The notes under the pieces were generated by a model. The model was not told the origin of the DNA. It did not search any database and saw only the letters and a list, made by a program, of their open reading frames with translations. From positions 1-38,319 of the forward strand of contig DASZYK010000361.1 of assembly GCA_035545455.1 (NCBI GenBank): 38,319 bases of DNA, in the 5' to 3' direction. Positions 1-10,005 of this stretch are shown piece after piece. Every line of letters starts with the position of its first letter. Positions within the stretch are counted from its first letter, which is position 1. The position numbers and the translations under genes are program-made. The DNA comes from Steroidobacteraceae bacterium (GTDB taxonomy: Bacteria; Pseudomonadota; Gammaproteobacteria; Steroidobacterales; Steroidobacteraceae).

Positions 1-42
1 GTCGATGCTCGCCACCATGTGGCAGACCACGTACGGCTTCAT
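1..42 (-). CDS. 5' end (14 codons, MKPYVVCHMVASID...) of a gene running off the left edge. Product not assignable; the N-terminus faintly resembles RibD-C/DHFR-like reductases.
   Basis: ATG at 42..40 on the minus strand, open to the window edge. Only 14 codons are visible and there is no clear Shine-Dalgarno. Confidence 0.25.
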   Translation of the reverse strand, partial: MKPYVVCHMVASID

Positions 43-163
43 GGCCGGCTATATTACCCGCCTGGCTTCGACGGTGAGCAATCCGCCGCCGCGTCTCCTC
101 GCCTTGGCTGCGGCGGCCGGCGCCGCGATCCGCACAATCCGCGCCGGCGCCACAGGCCGGGCT

Positions 164-2512
164 TCAGCGTACCTTGACCACTTCCAGGAGCGACTTCACC
201 TCGCGCCGCAGAGCCTTGCCGTTGCCGCTGACCGTGAGACGGCCCGTCGCATCGTCCCAATGCAGGTGCGTTACACGACCTCCGCTGCGCTCGTAGTCGT
301 AGCTGACACCATCGTCGTCATACAGATCGAAGTCGGCGCTGCGCCCGGGGTACACCTTGATGCGCTCGATGGCCTGCGGCGTGGCCGTGCTCGGCACCAC
401 TTTCCCCAACGGCAGAATGGAGCCCGCGCGCACGAAGACCGGAATGCGATCGATGGGCGCATCGACCGTGACGGTCCGGCCTCCCGGCGTCCGCTCACCG
501 GTCCAGTAGTCGTACCAGTCCGCGCCCGCGGGCAGGTAAACCCGCTTGCGCGTCTGACCCTGCCGGGTGACCGGCGCCACCAGGAAATCGGGCCCGAACA
601 TGTACTCATCGCCGATGTCGGCGACCTTCGGATCGCGCGGAAAGTCCATCCAGAGCGCCCGCATGAACGGCGCGCCGCTCTCGTAGGTATGCCACGCGAG
701 CGAGTAGATGTACGGTATCAGCCGGTACCGCAGGCGGTCGTATCGAGCCAGGATCGCCTCCGCCTGCCTGCCGTAGGCCCAGATCTCCGTGTGCTTGCGC
801 TCGCCGTGCACGCGCAGCGTCGGAAGGAAGGTCCCGTACTCGAACCAGCGCGTGAAGAGCTCCGGGTAGTCATCGTCAGGGCCGACGACATCGCGCGCGC
901 CGGAGGGATCGATCAGCGGGGGATGAGCGGCGGAGGACGTCTTCGGCAACGGCTGCCAGCCGCCGATGTCGTTGCCCCAGTAGGCGATTCCCGATGCGGT
1001 CATGTCGAGACCCGTGGGAACCTGGTGCCGCAGCGCCTCCCAGGAAGGGTCGATATCGGAGGACCAGAAGATCGCCCCCGTGCGCTGCGAGCCGAGATAG
1101 GCGGCGCGCGCCAGGATGAGCACCCGCCTGCCGGGGCGGTAGCGGCGCACCCGCCGCGACATGCCGTCGACGTACAAGAGCGGAAATACGTTGTGATAGC
1201 GATCCCCGGAGCCGATCTCGAAATAGAAGCCGTCCGGTACGAGGTCGGGCTCCGTCTCATCGAGCCACAGATAGTCGAAGCCACGCGAGAGGATGTTGTC
1301 GCGGACATGGGCGAAGAACCAGTCGAGCGCCCGCGGGTTGGTCGCATCGATCAGGGCGCCGGCGCGATCGGAGCGGAACGGCAGCCCATCCTGCGTCCTG
1401 CCGTCCTTGTCCTTCAGGAAATAGCCCTTGGCGTCGAGCTCGTTGAAATACCGCGAGTCCCGCTCGAAGCGCGGCCACACGGAGATCATCGACTCGATGC
1501 CGAGGGCGTGCAGATCCCGGTTCATCGCGTCCGGATCGGGGAACTGCGCCGGATCGATGTCGAGCTGGCCCATCCGCGTCCAGTAGAACCAGTCGATCAC
1601 CATGATGTCGAGCGGATAGCCCTTGCTGCGGTAGGTGCGCGCAACATCGAGGACTTCCTGCTGGCTCGCATATCGCGCCTTCGACTGGATCAGTCCGAAG
1701 GCCGCCTTCGGCGGCAGAGGGGTGCGGCCGGTGAGCCTGGCATAGCCGGCATAGAGCGCATCGGCGCCCTCACCGAGGATGACGAAGAAGGATACCCGTC
1801 CGCCCACGTTGGATTGCCAGAGCGTGCGTCCATTGACGCCCGGATAGACATGGGTGTCGGACGGGTTGTCCCAGATGATGCCGTAACCGCGGCTCGACAC
1901 CATGAACGGCACGCAGACCGTCTCACCGTGCGGGTCGTCGTAGAAGTGCTTGCAGTCGATCGTGCGGCCGCGCAGATCGAGGATCCCGTCCTGATTCTGA
2001 CCGAGGCCGTAGAAGTGCTCATCAGCCGGCGCCGCGAAGCTCGCGCCGACCTGGAAGGTTCGCTCGCCGTTGACCGTGTGAGGCGCCATCTGCCAACCCG
2101 TCATGGCGAGCACAGTTTCGCCGCGTGCGTTACGGATCTCGAGCTCCACCGGCGGCAGCGATGGCGCGAAATAGCGCTCGCCGGCCGACGGCGTACCGGG
2201 GAGAGGCTGCGCGTCGATGTGCAGCCGCAGCGCGCTCGAGCGAAACTCGTCCCCGTGGGCATCCTCCGTGTGCTCGAAGCCGTGCGGATCGGGGGCGGCG
2301 ATGAACCCATAGCCGGGAGGCGCGGCCGCCCTCCGGGAATCGGTCGCGATCGTGATGCGCACGATATTGGGGGCGTACGATTCGACACCGACATAGGCGC
2401 CGTTGCGGCTCACCACGACCGGCGAGGCGAGACACGGCCCGCAGATCAGCAGGGCCGCCAGCCAGACGGCGCGAGTTGCGGGCCCGAGGGCCCCGTGATG
2501 GTTCTCGATCAA
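164..2512 (-). CDS. Secreted glycoside hydrolase family 31 (alpha-glucosidase/alpha-xylosidase-like)
   Basis: Long minus-strand ORF with GH31-type segments (DYLWLDETEPD nucleophile region, LRVHGERKHTEIWAYG). Signal-like N-terminus AVWLAALLICGPCLASP. Start placed at TTG 2512, preceded by GGGGAGGGGG. The track ATG at 2593 adds 27 residues that do not look like a signal peptide. Confidence 0.85.
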   Translation of the reverse strand: MIENHHGALGPATRAVWLAALLICGPCLASPVVVSRNGAYVGVESYAPNIVRITIATDSRRAAAPPGYGFIAAPDPHGFEHTEDAHGDEFRSSALRLHIDAQPLPGTPSAGERYFAPSLPPVELEIRNARGETVLAMTGWQMAPHTVNGERTFQVGASFAAPADEHFYGLGQNQDGILDLRGRTIDCKHFYDDPHGETVCVPFMVSSRGYGIIWDNPSDTHVYPGVNGRTLWQSNVGGRVSFFVILGEGADALYAGYARLTGRTPLPPKAAFGLIQSKARYASQQEVLDVARTYRSKGYPLDIMVIDWFYWTRMGQLDIDPAQFPDPDAMNRDLHALGIESMISVWPRFERDSRYFNELDAKGYFLKDKDGRTQDGLPFRSDRAGALIDATNPRALDWFFAHVRDNILSRGFDYLWLDETEPDLVPDGFYFEIGSGDRYHNVFPLLYVDGMSRRVRRYRPGRRVLILARAAYLGSQRTGAIFWSSDIDPSWEALRHQVPTGLDMTASGIAYWGNDIGGWQPLPKTSSAAHPPLIDPSGARDVVGPDDDYPELFTRWFEYGTFLPTLRVHGERKHTEIWAYGRQAEAILARYDRLRYRLIPYIYSLAWHTYESGAPFMRALWMDFPRDPKVADIGDEYMFGPDFLVAPVTRQGQTRKRVYLPAGADWYDYWTGERTPGGRTVTVDAPIDRIPVFVRAGSILPLGKVVPSTATPQAIERIKVYPGRSADFDLYDDDGVSYDYERSGGRVTHLHWDDATGRLTVSGNGKALRREVKSLLEVVKVR

Positions 2513-2703
2513 GTGCCCCCTCCCCGATTCTGCCGGCGTCTGTGGACGGCGTGCGGTAGGCACTAGTATTCGTGCATTCGGCTCCGCGGACAAATACTCA
2601 TCTTGTCTGGCGGTATACGACCGCTTGTATGTATGCGGCGGTAACCGGCGATGCGAGCGCCCTCGCAGCGCACCGCCACCCGCGATGAGGTCGTGGCGAG
2701 GCC

Positions 2704-5073
2704 TCAGCGCTTCAGCGCTCTCTGCAGCGCGTCGGCCAGCACTCCGTTGCCTTGCGGCTCTTCGTGCCGGCGCGGCTCGGAACGTCCCGACGGGCGCTGC
2801 GGCGGACGACCTCGATCGCGCTCCCCACCCCCTTGACGCGCAGCCTCGGGACGACTGCGCGGGGAGGCATCACCCAGTCTCATGGTGAGCGCGATGCGGC
2901 GGCGCTGCAGGTCGACTTCCACCACTTTCACCTTCACCACATCGCCCGCCTTGACCACCTCGCGCGGATCCTTGACGAACCGCTCCGACATCATCGAGAT
3001 GTGCACCAGTCCGTCCTGGTGCACGCCGACGTCGACGAACGCTCCGAAGTTGGTCACGTTGGTCACCACGCCTTCCAGCACCATGCCCGGCGACAGATCC
3101 TTCAGGCTCTCGACGCCTTCCTGAAACACCGCGGATCTGAACTCCGGCCGCGGATCGCGCCCCGGCTTTTCCAGCTCACGCAGAATGTCCCGCACCGTCG
3201 GCAGCCCGAAGCGCCCGTCGGTGTACCGGCCGGCATCGATCTGCCGCACGATGCGCGACTCGCCCATCACCTCGGCGAGGGGCTTGCCGAGATCCGCGAG
3301 AATGCGCTGCACCAGCGGATAGGCCTCCGGGTGCACCGCCGAGCGGTCGAGCGGCATCTCGCCGTCGTTGATGCGCAGGAAGCCCGCCGCCTGCTCGAAG
3401 GTCCTGGCGCCGAGCCTCGGGACCTCGCGCAGCGCCTCCCGGCTGCGGAAGGCTCCCTTCTCGTCGCGATGGCGGACGATCGCGCCGGCGAGCGACTCCG
3501 ACAGCCCCGAGATGCGGGCGAGCAACGCGGGCGAGGCGGTGTTGACATCGACACCCACCGCGTTGACGCAGTCCTCCACGACGGCATCGAGCGAGCGTGC
3601 GAGCTTCGTTTGATTGACATCGTGCTGGTACTGCCCCACGCCGATCGACTTCGGGTCGATCTTCACGAGCTCGGCCAGCGGGTCCTGCAGGCGGCGGGCG
3701 ATAGACACCGCGCCCCGCAGTGTCACATCGAGCGCGGGCAGCTCCCGCGAGGCGAGCTCCGAGGCCGAGTACACCGATGCGCCTGCCTCCGACACGACGA
3801 TTTTCGTGAGCTTGAGATCCGGATGGCGCTTGATGAGATCGCCCGCAAGCCTGTCGGTCTCCCGCGAGGCGGTGCCGTTGCCGATGCTGACGAGATCGAC
3901 GGCGTGCTTCCTGGCGAGCGAGGCAAGGACGTGCAAAGACCCTTCCCAGTCATTGCGCGGCGCATGCGGATGGATCGTGGCCGTATCGACGACCTTTCCC
4001 GTGCGATCCACCACCGCGACCTTGACGCCGGTGCGCAGTCCCGGATCGAGCCCCATCGTCGCCCGCGGACCTGCCGGAGCGGCCAGCAGGAGGTCGTGCA
4101 GATTGCGGGCGAAGACGCGGATGGCCTCCTCCTCCGCCCGCTCCCGCAGCTCGGCCAGCAGCTCACCCTCGAGCTGCCAGGCGAGCTTCACCTGCCAGGT
4201 CCAGCGAGCCGTCTGCAGCAGCCATGCATCGCCCGGACGGCCGCGGCCGGCGATCTGGAATCGAGCGGCGATCCTGCGCTCGCAGGAATTGAGGGCGTCG
4301 CCGGCCGGCGCGGCTTCCTCGAGCTCCTCGGGCAGCTTCAGGGCGAGCTGCAGGACCTCTTCCTTGCGCCCGCGCAAGAGAGCCAGCGCCCGGTGCGAGG
4401 GAATGGCCTCGAGCGGCTCCTGATAATCGAAATAGTCGCGAAACTTGGCGCCGGCCTCTTCCTTGCCCGCGGCGAGCTTCGACACCAGCCGCGCGCTCGA
4501 GCGCAGGTGCTCGCGCAGCTCTCCGACCAATGCCGCGTCCTCGGCGAACTGCTCCATGAGCACCTGGCGGGCGCCCTCGAGCGCCGCCTTCGCGTCGCCG
4601 ACGCCGGGATTCTCGCCCTGCTCGGTCGTGAACGGCGGCTTGAGATACCCGGCCGCCTCCACCTGCGGATCCAGTGTTGGATCGGCGAGGAGCGCTCGAG
4701 CCAGCGCATCGAGTCCCGCTTCCCGCGCGATCTGCGCCTTGGTGCGCCGCTTGGGCTTGTAGGGAAGATAGAGATCCTCCAGCCGCTGCTTCGTCTGCGC
4801 GCCTTCGAGGCTCTGCCTCAGCTCCGGCGTCAGCTTGCCCTGCTCCTCGATGCTCTTCAGGATCGCGGCGCGCCGCTCCTCGAGCTCGCGCAGATACGCC
4901 AGGCGCTCCTGCAGGGTGCGCAGCTGCGCATCGTCGAGCCCGCCCGTGGCCTCCTTGCGATAGCGGGCGATGAACGGCACCGTGGCGCCCCCGTCGAGCA
5001 GCGCGACGGCGGCGATGACCTGCGGCGGATTGACGGAGAGCTCGGAGGCGATGCGGGTTTCGATCGGGATCAT
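2704..5073 (-). CDS. tex: Tex-family transcription accessory protein (S1 RNA-binding domain)
   Basis: N-terminus [49 protein letters not shown]-terminal S1 domain [31 protein letters not shown]. The ATG at 5073..5071 was verified in the sequence. The 162 codons upstream in the track ORF have no Tex similarity. Confidence 0.95.
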   Translation of the reverse strand: MIPIETRIASELSVNPPQVIAAVALLDGGATVPFIARYRKEATGGLDDAQLRTLQERLAYLRELEERRAAILKSIEEQGKLTPELRQSLEGAQTKQRLEDLYLPYKPKRRTKAQIAREAGLDALARALLADPTLDPQVEAAGYLKPPFTTEQGENPGVGDAKAALEGARQVLMEQFAEDAALVGELREHLRSSARLVSKLAAGKEEAGAKFRDYFDYQEPLEAIPSHRALALLRGRKEEVLQLALKLPEELEEAAPAGDALNSCERRIAARFQIAGRGRPGDAWLLQTARWTWQVKLAWQLEGELLAELRERAEEEAIRVFARNLHDLLLAAPAGPRATMGLDPGLRTGVKVAVVDRTGKVVDTATIHPHAPRNDWEGSLHVLASLARKHAVDLVSIGNGTASRETDRLAGDLIKRHPDLKLTKIVVSEAGASVYSASELASRELPALDVTLRGAVSIARRLQDPLAELVKIDPKSIGVGQYQHDVNQTKLARSLDAVVEDCVNAVGVDVNTASPALLARISGLSESLAGAIVRHRDEKGAFRSREALREVPRLGARTFEQAAGFLRINDGEMPLDRSAVHPEAYPLVQRILADLGKPLAEVMGESRIVRQIDAGRYTDGRFGLPTVRDILRELEKPGRDPRPEFRSAVFQEGVESLKDLSPGMVLEGVVTNVTNFGAFVDVGVHQDGLVHISMMSERFVKDPREVVKAGDVVKVKVVEVDLQRRRIALTMRLGDASPRSRPEAARQGGGERDRGRPPQRPSGRSEPRRHEEPQGNGVLADALQRALKR

Positions 5074-5098
5074 CGGCCGCACTATGCGCAAACGGCGG

Positions 5099-5120
5099 GT
5101 GCGCAACAAGACTTGCGCAC
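5099..5120. promoter_or_regulatory. Perfect 8-bp inverted repeat GTGCGCAA-N6-TTGCGCAC (candidate operator) in the tex / orf5200 divergent region
   Basis: Read directly from the sequence. A third TGCGCAA copy lies at 5085..5091. The repeat sits between the two divergent start codons (5073 and 5200). Confidence 0.3.
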
Positions 5121-5199
5121 GCCGGCCGATTTGTATAGCCAGAGGCGGCGGTCGCGCCGCAAGTGTGGTAACTTTCGCCCGCAGCCGAAAGCGAACCCC

Positions 5200-5637
5200 G
5201 TGGCGAACACACTGATTCACGAGACCCGGCGCCTGCAGTTTCCGCTCGACACCCTGGTCGATGCCATCATCGAGCTGGAGGACAAGCAGGGACACTGGCC
5301 ATCGCGGGCCACCGTGGTGGGGGCGAGCATCGACAACTCGGGTGAGAATGACGCCGGCGTGGTTCTGTCGATTCACCGGCCGGAACGCGGTGAAGTCATC
5401 GAGCGCCGCTACTCGCTGTCCATGGTCGCCGCCGCGATGGTCAACTACTGCGTGACGATGCGCGTCCCGATGCCGCGAAACTCGACGAAGACCCTCCAGG
5501 TACTCGGGGACGGCATCGTATTGGTGCTGGAGAACACCGTCATGCTGCAGAGTCGACACGAGGAGCTTTCCACGCTCCCGGCGGGCAGCGTGGCCCCGCC
5601 GGCGTCGGCGGGGGCGAAGTCGGCGCTCCCGGAGTGA
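5200..5637 (+). CDS. Hypothetical protein (145 aa), no family recognised
   Basis: This is the 3' part of the long + ORF 2752..5637, lying outside tex. It has strong GC3 bias and a plausible globular sequence ([41 protein letters not shown]...). The GTG at 5200 is the first plausible start after tex; TTG 5131 is an alternative. The RBS is weak. Confidence 0.55.
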   Translation: MANTLIHETRRLQFPLDTLVDAIIELEDKQGHWPSRATVVGASIDNSGENDAGVVLSIHRPERGEVIERRYSLSMVAAAMVNYCVTMRVPMPRNSTKTLQVLGDGIVLVLENTVMLQSRHEELSTLPAGSVAPPASAGAKSALPE

Positions 5638-5656
5638 GCGCTGCCGGGCGGGCGCT

Positions 5657-5950
5657 CTAGCCGAGCCGCGGGCCCAACCGCGGGCGAGGCGGCATCGGCG
5701 CGGCGCGCATCAGATAGAGGACGCCCGCGGCTGCGGCAACGGCCAGCAGAGACCCGACAGGGTATCGTCTGACCAGACGCGCCGCCACCGGAAGAAGCCG
5801 GGCCCCGATCCTCACGGCGGACACGGCCGCCGCCACACGCCCCAGAGCGGAGCTCGCCGGCCCGACCGCATGGGCGGCCCTCTCGAGCAGGTTGCCGGCG
5901 TCGGCCAGGGTCCGGCCGGACTGTCCCAAGTGATCGGAATCGACGCTCAT
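5657..5950 (-). CDS. Small C-terminally anchored membrane protein (DUF883/ElaB-like tail; weak call)
   Basis: GC3-rich ORF with a C-terminal hydrophobic segment, [20 protein letters not shown], followed by basic residues. The start is ambiguous (ATG 5950 or ATG 6004) and neither has a good SD. Confidence 0.45.
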   Translation of the reverse strand: MSVDSDHLGQSGRTLADAGNLLERAAHAVGPASSALGRVAAAVSAVRIGARLLPVAARLVRRYPVGSLLAVAAAAGVLYLMRAAPMPPRPRLGPRLG

Positions 5951-6078
5951 GGTCCCATTGAAATGGAGCGCCCCCGGGGCGGGTTCCGCCACCAGGCATG
6001 GCATGCTCCGGATGCCCCCGCCGGCGGAGGGGGTATGATTGCCGCTACCGCTCTTCGGCGGCTTTCCGGGAGACTCGC

Positions 6079-6339
6079 ATGTCCATCATCGCGTGGATCG
6101 TCCTCGGCCTCATCGCCGGCTTCGTGGCCAGCAAGATCGTCAACAAGCGGGGCGAGGGACTGCTTCTGGATATCATTCTCGGGATCATCGGCGCGCTCGT
6201 CGGCGGCTGGCTGTTCCATGCCTTCGGCGCGGCGGGCGTCAGCGGACTCAATCTCTACAGCCTGCTGGTCGCGGTCGTCGGCGCGATCGTCGTCCTCGTG
6301 ATCTATCACGCGCTCACGGGAAGGAAGTCGCGCGTCTGA
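6079..6339 (+). CDS. GlsB/YeaQ/YmgE (transglycosylase-associated) family stress membrane protein
   Basis: MSIIAWIVLGLIAGFVASKIVNKRGEGLLLDIILGIIGALVGGWLF is a typical signature of this family. ATG at 6079 is preceded by GGGAGAC. The track ORF start at 5998 is an upstream extension. Confidence 0.85.
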   Translation: MSIIAWIVLGLIAGFVASKIVNKRGEGLLLDIILGIIGALVGGWLFHAFGAAGVSGLNLYSLLVAVVGAIVVLVIYHALTGRKSRV

Positions 6340-6343
6340 GCGG

Positions 6344-7330
6344 TCACGGGCCCGTGCCGGCCCGCCGGATGCGATCGACGGCGGCCACCAGATGGTGGAA
6401 GCCTTCCAACAGCGGAAGTGACAGTCCGAGTTCCCGGGCCTTGCGGACCGCGTAGCCGAAGGTCTCCTCCACCTCGAGCGGCCGGCCGGCCTCGAGGTCC
6501 TGAAGCGCCGACATGCGATGGTCGGGCGCGCGGGCGCGCATGTCCTCTCCAGCTCGCCTGAGCGCCTCGACGGCGTCCGGCTCCGGAGCATCGAGGATCG
6601 TCCGCAGCGGCATGGCCACGGCTTCCTCGACCAGGGCGATTCCCTGCGCTCTCGCCACCGCGGCCACTTCGCGAGCGAGCCGTACCAGCACCCGCGCGCA
6701 GTCGGCATCCATGAGACAACGCCAGCTGACGGACCTCGTCATCACGGCCACGCTCATGAGCCCGAGCCAGACGGTGAACTTGGTCCACTCCATGGCAACG
6801 ATGTCGGCGACGGCTGTCGAGCGGACGCCTGCCTGATCGATCATGCCCGCGATGCGCCGCGCCCGCTCGCTGATGCCGCCGCCAAGCTCGCCGAGCGGCA
6901 GATTCGCGTTGCGGGTGAACAGTACTTCGCCCGAAGGCAGCAGCTCACCGCTCGTATCCGCGAGCGCGCCGAGCACCCGCTCGACGCCGAAAGTCCGTGC
7001 GAGGAGCTCATCCTTCAGGATGCCGTTCTGAATGGATAGCGCCGCCCCGATGCGCACGGACTTCAGCCGCTCGAGCGCGGCTTCAGTGCCGGGCGTCTTC
7101 ATCGCGACGATGAGGGTATCGGCCGCCTCGAGCTGGCCGGGATCGGTGATCACCTGCACGCGCACCGAGAAGTCGGCCAGTCCCCTGATGCGCAAGCCAT
7201 CGCGCTCCACCGCGCGGGCACGCTCACCGCGCGCGATGACAGCCACGGAGCGCCCCGCGCGCGCCAGGTGCGCGGCCAGGATGGAGCCGATCGCACCGGC
7301 CCCGAGTATCGCGAAATCTGTCCGAGTCAC
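6344..7330 (-). CDS. Ketopantoate reductase (PanE/ApbA) family 2-oxoacid reductase
   Basis: N-terminal Rossmann motif FAILGAGAIGSILAAHLARAG and PanE-like length (328 aa). GTG start at 7330 with GGAGGAG 5 nt upstream. Confidence 0.8.
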   Translation of the reverse strand: MTRTDFAILGAGAIGSILAAHLARAGRSVAVIARGERARAVERDGLRIRGLADFSVRVQVITDPGQLEAADTLIVAMKTPGTEAALERLKSVRIGAALSIQNGILKDELLARTFGVERVLGALADTSGELLPSGEVLFTRNANLPLGELGGGISERARRIAGMIDQAGVRSTAVADIVAMEWTKFTVWLGLMSVAVMTRSVSWRCLMDADCARVLVRLAREVAAVARAQGIALVEEAVAMPLRTILDAPEPDAVEALRRAGEDMRARAPDHRMSALQDLEAGRPLEVEETFGYAVRKARELGLSLPLLEGFHHLVAAVDRIRRAGTGP

Positions 7331-7384
7331 TGCGGCTCCTCCGCGCGGCAGTATATACCGCGAGCGCCGCCGGGCCGTACGTCC

Positions 7385-8539
7385 TCAGCCGGGCGGGCCG
7401 AAGCGGGCGCGATGAGCAGCCATGGCGGCGACGAAGCGGTCGATGTCCTCTTCCGAATTGTAGAAGTGGATCGTCGCGCGGATGTTGTTGTCCCTGAAGG
7501 AAGTCACGACGTCCTGCTCCAGAAGCCGCTCGTACAGTGCCGCCGCATTTCGTGAAGGGACCGCCACCATCGGGCCCCTGCGCGCGTCGTCCGCCGGAGT
7601 GACGGCCGGCCACCCGATGCCGGCCAGCCCTTCCATGCAGCGCCGCGTCAAGGCCCGCACACGCCCCTCGATCGCGTCGGTTCCCGTCTCGAGAATGATT
7701 CTCAGCCCCGCCTCGGCGGCATAGCAGTTGACGACCGGAGGGGTGCCGGCCTCGAACCGCCGGGCGCTCTGCGACGGGCGGTTCGCCCGGATGTCCATGG
7801 CGCCGATGTCCTGCTGCGCGAACCAGCCGGAGTTGCTCGGCACGAGCTCGCGGATAAGCTCCGAGCGCACGTAGAGAAAGCCGATGCCCGCGGTGCCGAG
7901 CAGGTATTTCAGCATTCCGCCGACCGCGAAATCGACCCCGAGCGCGCGCGCATCGACCGTCATCGCGCCGATGGCCTGGTAGCAATCCACCATCAGGCGA
8001 GCGCCCTTCTCGTGCGCGAGGCGGGCGATGCCGGCGATATCCAGCCGGGCGCCATTGCGGAAGCACACCTGCGTGACCGCCACGAGTTGCGTGCGCTCGT
8101 CGATCAGCCGGGCGAAATTCTCGAGCGGGATGTAGCCATCGGCCGCGGGCGGCACGTGCACGACCTCGGCTCCGAGTCTTTCCTGAGCGTGCCAGATCTG
8201 AGCGTTGGTGGGGAATTCGAAGTCGCTGATGACGACCTTCCTGCGCGGTCCGCTGAAGTCGAACGCGCTGGCGAGCGAGTTGATGCCTGCCGAAGCCGAC
8301 GCGGTGACCGCAATCTCGTCCGGTGTCACGCGCAGCACCTGCGCCATGGCGGCCCGGACCGCCTCGTTCTTCATCACCCAGACGTCCCAGTTTGCTCCAA
8401 CCGCCAGGCGCTCGTCCATGTAGGAGTTGAACGCGTCGCGCACGCTGTCGGCCAGGGCGCAGTAAGAGCCGCTGTTGAGATAGGTCTTGCGCTCGAGAAC
8501 CGGAAATCTGCGCCGCAGCGCATCGAAGTCGATCGGCAT
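7385..8539 (-). CDS. Class V aminotransferase-fold PLP-dependent enzyme
   Basis: MPIDFDALRRRFPVLERKTYLNSGSYCAL... with a PLP-lysine region FAVGGMLKYLLGTAGIGFLY. The ATG at 8539 was verified. It lies 2 nt downstream of the permease stop. The track ORF (to 9154) is a read-through extension into the permease gene. Confidence 0.85.
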   Translation of the reverse strand: MPIDFDALRRRFPVLERKTYLNSGSYCALADSVRDAFNSYMDERLAVGANWDVWVMKNEAVRAAMAQVLRVTPDEIAVTASASAGINSLASAFDFSGPRRKVVISDFEFPTNAQIWHAQERLGAEVVHVPPAADGYIPLENFARLIDERTQLVAVTQVCFRNGARLDIAGIARLAHEKGARLMVDCYQAIGAMTVDARALGVDFAVGGMLKYLLGTAGIGFLYVRSELIRELVPSNSGWFAQQDIGAMDIRANRPSQSARRFEAGTPPVVNCYAAEAGLRIILETGTDAIEGRVRALTRRCMEGLAGIGWPAVTPADDARRGPMVAVPSRNAAALYERLLEQDVVTSFRDNNIRATIHFYNSEEDIDRFVAAMAAHRARFGPPG

Positions 8540-8541
8540 CT

Positions 8542-9951
8542 TCAGCCCTTCCCAGTTGCCTGCGGCGTGGCGGAGGCGGCCGGCGACCGCCCCCGCCGCA
8601 CGAAGTAAACGAGCGATATCAGTGCCATCCAGGGGCCCCCGTACAGCCAGGAGACCTCGAGATTGCGATCGAGCCCCATGGTGACGAGTACCGCCGCCAG
8701 GACGGCCAGCCCCGCATACTGCAGCCACGGAAAAAACGGCATGCGCACCGGCAACGTCGCCGCCGCGTGCCGGCGGCGGAAGCTCAGGTGGCTGGCGAGA
8801 ACGAACATCCACACGATGATCGCGGCGAAGAGCGCCACGCCGAGCAGGTCGGCGTACGCATCGGGCGTGAAGATCGAGGCGCCCGCGGCGATGAGGACGA
8901 AGAGTCCGGAGACGAGGATCGCCGCCACGGGGCTTCCCCTGCCGCTCAACGCTCCAAATACCCGCGGCGCCTGACCGCCGCGGGACAGCGAGAAGAGCAT
9001 GCGCGAGCAGAGATAAACGTCGGTATTCATGCTCGAGAGCGCCGCGCTCACCACGACGAAGTTCATGATTCCGGCCGCTTCTCGGATGCCGGAGTGCTGC
9101 AGAACGGTGACGAACGGACTCTGCGCCACGACTTTCGCGCCGGTCTGCGTCCACGGCGCGATCGTGACGATCACGGCAACGGCGAGCACGTAGAAAAGAA
9201 ACAACCGCAGCAGCATCGTTCGCAACGCCGCCGGGATCGCCACCTCGGGATTGCGGGTCTCACCGGAGGTGACGGCGATCACCTCTATTCCGACAAAGGA
9301 GAAGATGCCGACCGTGACGGCCATCCAGACCCCCGCCACCCCCTTGGGCAGGAAGCCGCCCGGCAGGCCCGTCAGGTTGTGCAGGCCGACCGCGGGACGG
9401 CCGATGCCCGCGATGCTGGCGACTCCGAGGATGACGAAGACGACGATCGCCGCCACCTTGATGGCGGCCAGCCACGACTCCACAGTGCCGAAACTGGCAA
9501 CCGAGCGCGAATTGAGATAGAGCAACACCAGGCAGAAGCCGAGCGCCCAGGCCCATACCGGCACGGCGGGGAACCAGTACTGCATGTAAAGACCCGCGGC
9601 GACCGACTCGCCGCCGACGGCGATGACCTGCGCGATCCAGTAGGTGTAACGCACCACGAACCCCGCCCAGGGGTTGAGGTACATCTCGGCGTAGGTCCCC
9701 AGGGAGCCGGCGGTGGGGTGCACGACAGCCATTTCCGACAGGCTGAAAACCATGATCATGGCCACGAGACCCGCCAGCGCATAGCTCACGATGACGGCCG
9801 GTCCGGCATAGCCCACCGCGAGCCCGCTGCCCAGGAAAAGTCCGGTGCCGATCGCGCCGCCGAGGCCGATCATGACGACCTGCGCCTCACCGAGGGCGCG
9901 CCTGAGCCCCTTCTCCCGCTCGCTTACATCGTCAGTGCTCGCGTTTCGCAT
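8542..9951 (-). CDS. APC-family amino acid permease
   Basis: 469 aa and about 12 hydrophobic segments. The N-terminal motif is LRRALGEAQVVMIGLGGAIGTGLFLGSG. Confidence 0.9.
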   Translation of the reverse strand: MRNASTDDVSEREKGLRRALGEAQVVMIGLGGAIGTGLFLGSGLAVGYAGPAVIVSYALAGLVAMIMVFSLSEMAVVHPTAGSLGTYAEMYLNPWAGFVVRYTYWIAQVIAVGGESVAAGLYMQYWFPAVPVWAWALGFCLVLLYLNSRSVASFGTVESWLAAIKVAAIVVFVILGVASIAGIGRPAVGLHNLTGLPGGFLPKGVAGVWMAVTVGIFSFVGIEVIAVTSGETRNPEVAIPAALRTMLLRLFLFYVLAVAVIVTIAPWTQTGAKVVAQSPFVTVLQHSGIREAAGIMNFVVVSAALSSMNTDVYLCSRMLFSLSRGGQAPRVFGALSGRGSPVAAILVSGLFVLIAAGASIFTPDAYADLLGVALFAAIIVWMFVLASHLSFRRRHAAATLPVRMPFFPWLQYAGLAVLAAVLVTMGLDRNLEVSWLYGGPWMALISLVYFVRRGRSPAASATPQATGKG

Positions 9952-9978
9952 CGTCCGTCCGGGAAATGTGTGTTGATT

Positions 9979-10004
9979 GCGAGCCGGGGCCCCGGCCGGC
10001 TCGC
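9979..10004 (-). terminator. GC-rich hairpin (9-bp stem GCGAGCCGG/CCGGCTCGC, 8-nt loop) immediately after the CDGSH-bicupin stop
   Basis: Inverted repeat read from the sequence. There is no clean U-tract, so it may be a terminator or only an mRNA-stabilising stem. Confidence 0.4.
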
Positions 10005-10005
10005 C

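Noticed and set aside
5-2566. 853-aa + strand ORF covering the whole GH31 gene
   Set aside because: It is antisense to a gene with clear GH31 homology. The translation is Arg/Ala/Gly/Pro-rich and low-complexity, typical of shadow ORFs in high-GC DNA.
2752-5199. 5' part (about 816 codons) of the 961-aa + ORF antisense to tex
   Set aside because: This part is a shadow ORF of tex. Only the last ~145 codons, outside tex, look genuinely coding, and those are reported separately.
8540-9154. N-terminal 205-codon extension of the aminotransferase ORF
   Set aside because: It overlaps the permease gene in another frame. Homology begins at MPIDFDAL (ATG 8539).
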